64,000 nt of DNA. Origin: Desulfobulbaceae bacterium. GTDB taxonomy: Bacteria; Desulfobacterota; Desulfobulbia; Desulfobulbales; SURF-16. Below, piece by piece: positions 44,543 to 52,361 of the stretch (positions within the stretch are counted from its first letter, which is position 1; each line of letters opens with the position of its first letter). Below the pieces are notes generated by a model, which saw only the letters and a program-made list of their open reading frames with translations, searched no databases and had not been told where the DNA came from. The position numbers were made by a program, and so were the translations under genes. The stretch spans positions 39,488-103,487 of the forward strand of contig JALNXE010000001.1 of assembly GCA_023230525.1 (NCBI GenBank). The letters are read 5' to 3'.

Positions 44543-46012
44543 TTACTTGTCATCCCGGACGAATCCTATACGTCTGCTTTTTTTCTCTTGGTCTTTTGGA
44601 AGGCTGTTCAACGCTGCATCAATGCTCTCTTGATCGAGCTCTGTCTTACTGGCCTTGGCAGCGAGCCGTGCGGCCTCGCGTATGACAAAGGCCGAATCGG
44701 AGAGCGCCTTACCCGTGAGCGCATTGAGGATCTTGTCCACGTTAAGATCGTCTGCTTTCGGCAGCTTGCTCAAGAGTGAGTCCACCAGCGAAGCCACTTC
44801 TTCCCTCGACGGCATGCCAACCTCGATGATGTGGTCAAAACGGCCGCGCCGCAGAATCGCCGGATCGATCATTTCGATCAGGTTCGTCATGGCGATAATC
44901 AGCACCTTGTTCTTGATGGCTTCCGGAATCCGACGAAGAAACTCGGCTACCTCTTCGACGTGATGCAATCCGGACGAGCTCCCAGAGCGTCTATCCGACA
45001 GAAAAGATTCCATCTCGTCGATGACGATGACGGACGGAGCGCCATCAATCGCCTTGTCAAAAACCTCGGAGATCTTCTTGCTGGTTTCGTGAATGTAGGG
45101 GCTGCCGACACTGTTCGAATCAATCGAGTAGCTTGGCCAATCGATAAACTCGACAAGACGCTCCACAGCAAAGGTTTTGCCACAACCTGGCGGCCCATGC
45201 AGGACGATGGCGGAAGGAAAATCGATACCCAAGACTTGATATTTCTCGGCATTGAAGATGATGTCGATGACGTGTTCGTTGAAAAACTCCTCAAGCTGTG
45301 GTCGCCCTGGAAGTGTGAACACCTTGGCCTCGGCCGGTTCCTCGGATGATTGCGGCTGTTCAGGTTCGAAAGCCTCCTTAGCAATGGTGGTCTTTGCCTC
45401 GGTCTTGGGTTGAGAAGACGGCTTGCATTTAGCCAGTAGACCAGCATTTGCAGGCAAGGTAAATCCGGCAGCCTTTATAATTTCTGCCAGATCGCCAGCG
45501 GGCATCCAGCCAGTGAGTTTAGTCAAGCGCCGGAAGGATTCCGTTGATATGACGACCCCACCGGTGATCCAGGTTCCCAAGACAACCTCATCATCTACGT
45601 GAGGTGTCAGCGTCCAGGCCGGGAGCAGTCTGGAGTACTGTTCCACATAAACGGCATCGTGGAAGGAGGCATCCTCGGATAGTTTGCGAGACTCTTTGAG
45701 AGCGAAAGCAAAGGCCAGTGCATCGACCTTGCTTTCAGGGGATTTCCCATTTTCAACCGGAGTCAGGGTGTACTTTTTATGGCTGCTCAGACTCTGGAGT
45801 GCTTCAGCTCCGAACGAAACATCCCCGAACACGGATTCGTCAAGAAAACCGCATTCATTCCACTTCCTCGCCAGCTCCGGCAGTGTGAGCAGGATATTAT
45901 TTGAACCATTGGTATCGAAAATCTGCCACTCATCTCCTGAATAGAGAAGCGACCGGATTTTCGACCCGTCTGGCAATTCATACCCTTTAGGCAGCCATAA
46001 ATCCTTCGCCAT
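44543..46012 (-). CDS. Classic-clade AAA+ ATPase (Cdc48/FtsH-like single AAA module) with an unknown ~250-aa N-domain
   Basis: Walker A LHGPPGCGKT, Walker B SVIVIDEME and second region of homology TNLIEMIDPAILRRGRFD. Confidence 0.88.
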   Translation of the reverse strand: MAKDLWLPKGYELPDGSKIRSLLYSGDEWQIFDTNGSNNILLTLPELARKWNECGFLDESVFGDVSFGAEALQSLSSHKKYTLTPVENGKSPESKVDALAFAFALKESRKLSEDASFHDAVYVEQYSRLLPAWTLTPHVDDEVVLGTWITGGVVISTESFRRLTKLTGWMPAGDLAEIIKAAGFTLPANAGLLAKCKPSSQPKTEAKTTIAKEAFEPEQPQSSEEPAEAKVFTLPGRPQLEEFFNEHVIDIIFNAEKYQVLGIDFPSAIVLHGPPGCGKTFAVERLVEFIDWPSYSIDSNSVGSPYIHETSKKISEVFDKAIDGAPSVIVIDEMESFLSDRRSGSSSGLHHVEEVAEFLRRIPEAIKNKVLIIAMTNLIEMIDPAILRRGRFDHIIEVGMPSREEVASLVDSLLSKLPKADDLNVDKILNALTGKALSDSAFVIREAARLAAKASKTELDQESIDAALNSLPKDQEKKSRRIGFVRDDK

Positions 46013-46015
46013 AAA

Positions 46016-48511
46016 TCATCCCCTGATAATGTTGGCAACATCCATCAAATCATTTTCAGATCCTCTTCCAATCTTGATTGAATAGAGTTCACCAACAACA
46101 GCACGAAGCTTTTCAATATCATCAGTACGCATAAATTGCGCACCGAGCTTGGTAAGTTCCTGGAAACGGTGTTTGTCGGCAAAGAGATGAGGCGAGCTGG
46201 CCATCCACTTGAACCGATCGACCACAAACCAATCCTGCCGCCAGAGAATCTCCCAGTTCTTTCCTTTCAACTCATCAAGGTAGTGTTCGAAATTCTGGTT
46301 CGTTTCTCCAATACAACGTTGCGCCGTCTTCGCCAAGTTGTCGAAGGCCGACGATTCGGACGGGCGGGCATGCTGCCGAATATGTTCGTCGAAGAAGGTC
46401 ACCACACCATCGAGGTCAATCTGGCGAATCTCCTTGAGGTGTTCCTTTCGAACCTGGGCAAGAAGTCGCCGTGCCTCGAGCACCTTCTCCATGGCCTCCT
46501 GGGACTTCTCGGTCTCTTTTTCTTCTGGATCGAGCGAGACGGCGGATTCAAGTTTCTGCCGTGCTTGCTCCAGTTTTGGGTTGTCCACTACCTCATTGAT
46601 CTCATCGATGCGATTCAGCGTTCTTTCGCCTTCCTCGACGACCATGACGGCGGCGGCGGTGTAGTCGAGCTGTCCCTCCTGACGGGAATAGAAGTTCTTC
46701 CCTGAGTGGAAGGTCCCGCCGATGCAGGGCACGGATACTTCGATGATAATATTACCGGAGTCCAGGATTTCGTATTCGCATTCAAGATCGGCTCCGGCGT
46801 GAATCACGCCATCATCGAAATCGGAGCCGGAAATTTTCAAGACGCCGATGGGGCGGTTGTCGGTAATGGGGTCTTCGATCTCACCCTCCCAAAGTTTCAG
46901 ATTGAGTGAGCCAGACGCGCCCGCTTTGAGAGACTCAGCCGCCTTAAATATCTTTTTGCCCTTCTTCGGCAGTGAATCGCCCGAACGGATCAGATAGTCA
47001 AGTACGGGGCGGCCGCCGAGTTTCTCCAAGACCTCGATGCCAACTGAGTGAGAGGCCGGGATGGCATCCACTGTGGCGGCGGTTCGGGTAATGACAATCT
47101 TGTCCTGTTCCAGGGCAATGGGGCCACCCACGGAATCGAACATAAACACCTTGAAGGTGTTGTCGCCAGTTTTTGTCAGGGTAACGTCGATGGTTGCGCC
47201 ATGCTTGAGAGGAAGGCGGCCGGAGGTCCAGCCGGTGTCGACGCTATCGATCTGAAACTCAGAGCCAACCGCAGCTTGGCCTGCCAATTGGACGGCGATC
47301 TTTGCTTTAACATCCGGTGTGCGGGCGATGTAATTGAAAGACAGCGCCAGCCCGCCTCCGGAAGAAATTTGCCCACGGGTATTCTTGCGCGACCGGTTCT
47401 GGGAACTCCAGTCAATGGATTCCGCGAAGAGGCTTGCGCCTTCCGCCACGGCCGTCATGGGATTTACATCGGTGCTTCCCGGAATACCCAGCTCAAAGGC
47501 GACCTTGTCGCGCAGGGGTTTGTAATTGGTCGGGCCACCGACGAACACAATACGTTCCAGGTCATGCGGAGAAAGACCGGCCTTATTGAGTGTCTCTCGA
47601 GCAGACTCGATTGATTCGCCTACGCGCTCGGAGATCAGCTTGTCATAGGTGGCTCGCTGCAAAGGAATATCGAGATAGATTTCATTGCCGCTAAGATCCC
47701 GAACGCGGGCCTCGGTTTCCGATAGGCTGATTACGGAATCTTCACGGGCCGAGAGTTCAATCTTAGCGCGCTCGGTGGCCCAAGCGGACAGCCGAATGAG
47801 CGACTTGAAACTCGGATTCACGGAAAAGTCTTCAGGGAGGTCGAAGTTTTCCAGCAGCCAAGGTCGCACAACGTTATCGACGAGGACGCGGTCAAAATCC
47901 CTGCCGCCACACATGGCAATACCACCGTGGGCGAGGAGGTTGACCCGCCCACCAATGCTTTCGGCAATGGCGATATCGAGTGTGCCGCCACCTAGGTCAT
48001 AGATCAGAAACATGCCGTCGGTATTGCGGGCACGCATGACGCTCATGACCGCCGCGACCGGTTCCTGCATAAGCGCAATCTTGCCGAGACCAGCCATGCT
48101 GGCGGCCTGCATGGTGGCGTCCTTCTGCATCTGGTTAAACGCCGCAGGAACGGTTATGACGGTTCCTGTATCGGGATCGTTTCTGATTTCCTCTGGTAAG
48201 TAGCCGAACAGAACCTTTAGAACCTCTGCGGAGCATTCTTCGGGGGTCTTTGTGAGGTTCATCGCAGAAAGCTGAACTGGCGTGCTCGTCCCCATGAGCC
48301 GCTTGAACAGCATCGCCGCGTTATCTGGGCTGTGCGGAGCCGAATCGTAGGCCCGCTTGCCCACGTATTTGTTGCCGCGTCGGTCGATATAGATCACCGA
48401 TGGCGTCACATCATTCTGTTCAGGACTCTTCCAGGTTCGGGTTTCGGAACCGTCATAGGAACAGATAGCGCTGTTAGTTGTACCCAGGTCAATGCCTATG
48501 AAATTTTTCAT
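46016..48511 (-). CDS. Non-canonical Hsp70-family ATPase (831 aa, extended C-terminus)
   Basis: Hsp70 NBD motifs IGIDLGTTNSA, TVPAAFN, IYDLGGGTLDIA, VFVGGPTNYKPLR. The beta-rich substrate-binding-like region is followed by a ~230-aa helical tail that is longer than in DnaK. Confidence 0.9.
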   Translation of the reverse strand: MKNFIGIDLGTTNSAICSYDGSETRTWKSPEQNDVTPSVIYIDRRGNKYVGKRAYDSAPHSPDNAAMLFKRLMGTSTPVQLSAMNLTKTPEECSAEVLKVLFGYLPEEIRNDPDTGTVITVPAAFNQMQKDATMQAASMAGLGKIALMQEPVAAVMSVMRARNTDGMFLIYDLGGGTLDIAIAESIGGRVNLLAHGGIAMCGGRDFDRVLVDNVVRPWLLENFDLPEDFSVNPSFKSLIRLSAWATERAKIELSAREDSVISLSETEARVRDLSGNEIYLDIPLQRATYDKLISERVGESIESARETLNKAGLSPHDLERIVFVGGPTNYKPLRDKVAFELGIPGSTDVNPMTAVAEGASLFAESIDWSSQNRSRKNTRGQISSGGGLALSFNYIARTPDVKAKIAVQLAGQAAVGSEFQIDSVDTGWTSGRLPLKHGATIDVTLTKTGDNTFKVFMFDSVGGPIALEQDKIVITRTAATVDAIPASHSVGIEVLEKLGGRPVLDYLIRSGDSLPKKGKKIFKAAESLKAGASGSLNLKLWEGEIEDPITDNRPIGVLKISGSDFDDGVIHAGADLECEYEILDSGNIIIEVSVPCIGGTFHSGKNFYSRQEGQLDYTAAAVMVVEEGERTLNRIDEINEVVDNPKLEQARQKLESAVSLDPEEKETEKSQEAMEKVLEARRLLAQVRKEHLKEIRQIDLDGVVTFFDEHIRQHARPSESSAFDNLAKTAQRCIGETNQNFEHYLDELKGKNWEILWRQDWFVVDRFKWMASSPHLFADKHRFQELTKLGAQFMRTDDIEKLRAVVGELYSIKIGRGSENDLMDVANIIRG

Positions 48512-48513
48512 AG

Positions 48514-48888
48514 TTACAGCTTCCTCAAAGTGACGGTTCCTGTCTTAACCAAACCTTCTTTCCCCATAATGATCGGCTCCAGCATCTGATCGACTATCAA
48601 GGCATCTTTCGCATCGAACTCTTCGATATTCAGGGGGGTAGCGGCCATGCCGGGGTCGAAGGGATGCCCCTCGACGTTGACGATTCGCAAACCCGTTTGT
48701 TCCAGAGCCTCTTCGACCTTTTTTATGAACCAACGAAACTGGCTCTTGTACCGGTTCTGTTCTCCGGCATCGAGTTTTAGCAGCAGGCGATCAAACACCC
48801 GGCCAAAACGCCAGGACTCAACCGCCATACTGATCACCGCATCCCGCATAGCCTCGGGGTGAGTTATGGTTTGCTCGGAATCCAACAT
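48514..48888 (-). CDS. GrpE-like nucleotide-exchange factor (C-terminal domain only, 124 aa)
   Basis: ALEQTGLRIVNVEGHPFDPGMAATPLNIEE…IVDQMLEPIIMGKEGLVKTGTVTLRK parallels the GrpE beta-domain pattern (G-x-FDP-x-H/M-x-A … RpA-V-V-V). It ends 2 nt before the Hsp70 start. Confidence 0.65.
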   Translation of the reverse strand: MLDSEQTITHPEAMRDAVISMAVESWRFGRVFDRLLLKLDAGEQNRYKSQFRWFIKKVEEALEQTGLRIVNVEGHPFDPGMAATPLNIEEFDAKDALIVDQMLEPIIMGKEGLVKTGTVTLRKL

Positions 48889-49241
48889 ATTTTTCTCCGT
48901 GTCCTTAAAGAATTCTCAAGTAGTACCGCCGAATATAATCGAACGCGTTGTCGAATAGATCCTGAACTTTGAAGTGAAAAAGAGGTAATATTCAGATATC
49001 TTTTCTGGTTAATTTGGCATTGAATATGTTCAAATCCTTGGAGCAACATATTTACAAATCGTGATCACTATTCTATTCGGTACAATAATTTGCAAGGGAA
49101 ATATGGCATGTTGTCATCTTTGGGTTGGTGCTCAGTATAATTGAGATGTGTCATGGCAAGGAAAATGCCTGACATGAATACAGCAAGTAAACATTCTTCC
49201 TGAGAGGGTGAGATATGAATGTACATGCAATCACCAGCCAA

Positions 49242-49453
49242 CCAGGTTGCTGGCAATTGAATTTTTGATTGCATTTTGATCGCTGCAGCTGCTCCGGACA
49301 AAGCGATTTTGCAATCAGATTCCCCGGTATCGAGGGCAGCGCCGGTCAGATCGGCGGCCAGCTCCCCAGGGCGGGGATTGCATTTTCTTTTTTGGAGTCC
49401 GCTATTTTGTTTCAAATTTGGGGGGAGTATATTAGGGAGATAGTGTGACTTCT
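49242..49453. repeat. Structured ~200-bp repeat R2 (partner R1 at 35917-36114)
   Basis: Same ordered blocks as R1. TGATTGCA (49266) and GATTGCA (49376) are both complementary to TGCAATC(A) at 49310-49317. Confidence 0.75.
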
Positions 49454-49570
49454 ATCGCTGGGGCAAGTCCACTTTTTTTTAAGTCTGACACATTCACGCC
49501 TTTCTTGTAAAGTGAGCGGCTTCTTCATGGGATTCATTCGAATACTTACATCTTTTTGTTGTTAGAAAAA

Positions 49571-50437
49571 TTATCTTTTCCGCTTACTCTTATGAAAAGT
49601 TGGTGGTTCCCAGGGCCATTCATCATCTGTATTATTCAAGCTTTCTTCATCCTCATCTTCACAATCCCCTAAGCCGTCCTCATCATATAATAGGGTTAAA
49701 ACCTGGCCATAAGAGTTAATAGGCAAGGCCCATTCAAGGATTTCTGAATGACTTTTTAACTTTTTACCGGCAACCCAGATATTTGCCTTTACTGAGTCAA
49801 ACAGATCATCTGGAATATCGCCTTTCAAAGCAGCAAATGTCTGGGTATCAGAAGGAACATCGCGGTTGTCCATATCAATATAAAGATTGAAGTTTTTAGC
49901 TGCACGAAACCAAGCTAACTTATTCTTTTCGCATACCAATAGTGCGCAGCTCTCTTCAGTCAATTCAATATATCTAATCACCGTAGCTAATTTAGAGGTT
50001 TGACTCATCTCTGACAACTTCATTATATTGTCCCAGCCAGGGTCATGTTCTTCGACAAGTTTCAGGAAAACACTTCTTGGCATCAAGAGCTCTGCCGCAA
50101 ATTCATTAGCCCTTAGCTCTATTGGTGAGTTGCTTTTAGAATTTGTCCCAATGGAGCTTCGTGGGCAAAAAAATGAGTTTGAATCAAAAGTATCCAGGCA
50201 GAAATGCCCCAGCTCATGGGCTCCTGTAAAATTTTTTCTCCCGATTTCGTTTATTGTTGAATTGACGCAAATCATTCCATTGAGAGCATGATCAAGAAAT
50301 AAAATTCCATCAATCTCCTTCAGGGATTTTTCAATGTAAAATATGCCCAACTTCTCACATATATTACGTGGGATGATAGGTAGCGAATCCAGACCTAATT
50401 CATCTAATAATTTGACTGCCTCATTTCTCGGGTCCAT
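49571..50437 (-). CDS. capP: ImmA/IrrE-family zinc metallopeptidase, CapP-like (CBASS-associated protease)
   Basis: HEXXH motif (GAHELGHF). The preferred start is MDPRNEAV at 50437, 7 nt after the HTH gene stop. It is paired with an XRE HTH and divergent from a CBASS operon. Confidence 0.75.
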   Translation of the reverse strand: MDPRNEAVKLLDELGLDSLPIIPRNICEKLGIFYIEKSLKEIDGILFLDHALNGMICVNSTINEIGRKNFTGAHELGHFCLDTFDSNSFFCPRSSIGTNSKSNSPIELRANEFAAELLMPRSVFLKLVEEHDPGWDNIMKLSEMSQTSKLATVIRYIELTEESCALLVCEKNKLAWFRAAKNFNLYIDMDNRDVPSDTQTFAALKGDIPDDLFDSVKANIWVAGKKLKSHSEILEWALPINSYGQVLTLLYDEDGLGDCEDEDEESLNNTDDEWPWEPPTFHKSKRKR

Positions 50438-50444
50438 AAACGGC

Positions 50445-50795
50445 TCATTTCTTTTTTGACTTAAAAAAATCGACCATTTTTTCAATCGTTTCTTTGTCTT
50501 CAGAATTCAATGATTGGAATCCCCGGAAAAAAGTTCTGATATCTTGATCATGTAATAAAGCGCCTAACTCAGACTCATCTGTTTTACCCAACAGATAATC
50601 AATGGATACATTTAAAACAGATGCGATTCTCTGCAGGACCGGTATCGTTGGTGTTCTTGTCCCTTTCTCGATTTGCGAAATAGCCGCCGGGGTTACACCA
50701 GATTTTCCCGCGAGCTGGGCCTGGTTAAGGTTCTTCCCTTCTCGGGCAAGAGTGATACGCTGCCGCAATATCTCCTTATTAAATTCTTTCATCAT
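50445..50795 (-). CDS. capH: XRE-family HTH repressor, CapH-like
   Basis: LNQAQLAGKSGVTPAAISQIEKGTRTPT is a Cro/CI HTH. 116 aa, upstream of the metallopeptidase and divergent from the CD-NTase operon. Confidence 0.75.
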   Translation of the reverse strand: MMKEFNKEILRQRITLAREGKNLNQAQLAGKSGVTPAAISQIEKGTRTPTIPVLQRIASVLNVSIDYLLGKTDESELGALLHDQDIRTFFRGFQSLNSEDKETIEKMVDFFKSKKK

Positions 50796-50844
50796 AGAAA
50801 AGCACCTCCAGTAAATGTTTAGTCAGCTTGATACTACAAGAAAA

Positions 50845-50940
50845 TTAACAGAACGGAAAGAAAAAATTAACAGAAACAATTGACAGAAAACAGAGCTAGG
50901 ATTATTATTCTGTTAATTTATTATTTTTACACTGTTAACA
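50845..50940. promoter_or_regulatory. Cluster of TTAACAGAA-type boxes (candidate CapH operators) between capH and the CBASS operon
   Basis: TTAACAGAA at 50845 and 50867, TTGACAGAA at 50880, inverted TTCTGTTAA at 50908, and CTGTTAACA at 50932. Confidence 0.4.
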
Positions 50941-50960
50941 AAACAGAAAGGAGTTACTAC

Positions 50961-51134
50961 ATGGCAACGAACCCACCCTCAGGCGATGGACACCGAAACG
51001 GCGCAGTACGTAAACGTTCTCAGGTGTATAATCCGCAAAATAACCGTTGGACAAAAAGAGAAAAAGACTCTGGTAGGTTTATGGATCAAAAGTCAGATGA
51101 CAAGCCATTCAAAGGCGTGCGGAAGGAAAAATGA
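50961..51134 (+). CDS. 57-aa highly basic hypothetical protein (MATNPPSGDGHRNGAVRKRSQVYNPQNNRWTKREKDSGRFMDQKSDDKPFKGVRKEK)
   Basis: An AAAGGAG RBS lies 7 nt upstream of the ATG at 50961; the ORF-track start at 50880 is unlikely. No family recognised. Confidence 0.35.
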   Translation: MATNPPSGDGHRNGAVRKRSQVYNPQNNRWTKREKDSGRFMDQKSDDKPFKGVRKEK

Positions 51135-51356
51135 CGCAAAGCGCTGTATGTTGTATTTACAGATAACAGTGCACCCCATATATTGTGCACATAGCTTGAC
51201 AAACTCACGCATCGTGTTTAATAATTTTCCCAAATTATCCGTTTTTTTAGGGGAGGGATGGGGGTGTCAATACAGACCGATAAGTGCACTTTGAGCCAAT
51301 AACCTTTATCCATCTTATTTTGCTGAATTTTAATAAAATTTGACAAGGACATCCTT

Positions 51357-52361
51357 ATGCCTGATCTACAAAAGCAGTTTGTTAAGTTCCATGACAACAT
51401 CAAACTCGGCAACTTTGACGAAAACCAGACTCTTCGAGAGAAACGGGATACACTCCTTAAAGATTTAAAATCGAGAATTGAAGAAAATGCTCCATCATTT
51501 GAGAGTTTCGGTCAAGGTAGTTATGCTATGAACACTGGCATTGTGCCAAAAGACGGGAATTATGATATTGACGTTGGAATCATTTTCGACTGCTCTCGTG
51601 AGAGGTATCCAGATCCGGTTGATTTAAAAAAGATAGTGAGAAATGCGCTTAGCAATGGAAATCGAACCGTAGTTATCAGGAGGCCCTGTGTCACTGTAAC
51701 CTACATGAAAAATGGGAAAGTTGATTATCATGTGGATTTAGCGATTTATGTAAAACGGAATGAAGATAATCTTCTGGATCTCGCCATCGGGAAAGAATTC
51801 TCAGAAGAAGAAAATAAAGTTTGGCAGAAATCTGACCCCAAGGGGTTGATAGATAAAATTAACAACAGCTTTGTTAATAGCGATGACCAGGCGCAAATGC
51901 GCAGATGTATACGATATTTAAAAAAGTGGCGTGATCACAACCTCCATTCTGTTAACTCTGGAAAACCATTCAGCATCGCCCTCACATGTTCTGCCTATAA
52001 TTGGTTTCAACCGAGCAAAGATATTTTTTCTGGAAAATATCAAGACTTAGATGCATTGCTTGATTTGGTTAAAACCAAACTGAGCCATTTTGACAGTCTA
52101 GGATGGTTGACTATTTCCCTTCCTGTAGAACCATATGAAGACCTTAACAAAGTAATGACAGTTACTCAGATGAAAACATATAAGGAAAAATTCGCAAATC
52201 TTCGGGATGCTCTAATTGCAGCAAAGAATGAAGATCTCGAAGATGAAGTATGTAAGCTGTTACGTATACAGTTTGGTGATGATTTCCCAGTTCCGGAAAA
52301 GAAAGATACCGCAAAAAAAGCTGCTGTAGCTGGTTATGCACCGGCTGGAGGGAGCGCATAA
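51357..52361 (+). CDS. CD-NTase (cGAS/DncV-like nucleotidyltransferase, SMODS) of a type II CBASS
   Basis: Pol-beta NTase motif GQGSYAMNTGI…DYDIDVGIIF in a 334-aa protein, followed by Cap2/Cap3/SAVED genes. The C-terminus is …YAPAGGSA. Confidence 0.8.
   Translation: MPDLQKQFVKFHDNIKLGNFDENQTLREKRDTLLKDLKSRIEENAPSFESFGQGSYAMNTGIVPKDGNYDIDVGIIFDCSRERYPDPVDLKKIVRNALSNGNRTVVIRRPCVTVTYMKNGKVDYHVDLAIYVKRNEDNLLDLAIGKEFSEEENKVWQKSDPKGLIDKINNSFVNSDDQAQMRRCIRYLKKWRDHNLHSVNSGKPFSIALTCSAYNWFQPSKDIFSGKYQDLDALLDLVKTKLSHFDSLGWLTISLPVEPYEDLNKVMTVTQMKTYKEKFANLRDALIAAKNEDLEDEVCKLLRIQFGDDFPVPEKKDTAKKAAVAGYAPAGGSA

Noticed and set aside
49068-49415. 115-aa minus-strand ORF, and the 65-aa ORF at 35932-36129, which share a …KQNSG…RPGEL..DL.GA.L..G..DCK… peptide
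   Set aside because: The similarity is a by-product of translating the R1/R2 nucleotide repeats. Outside the repeat the ORFs are unrelated, have odd composition and lack an RBS. I treated them as non-coding repeat sequence.
51196-51224. TTGACA-N17-TAATAA promoter-like element upstream of the CD-NTase
   Set aside because: It is not listed as a feature. AT-rich intergenic DNA produces such matches by chance, and the -10 is weak. It is mentioned only in the small-ORF finding.
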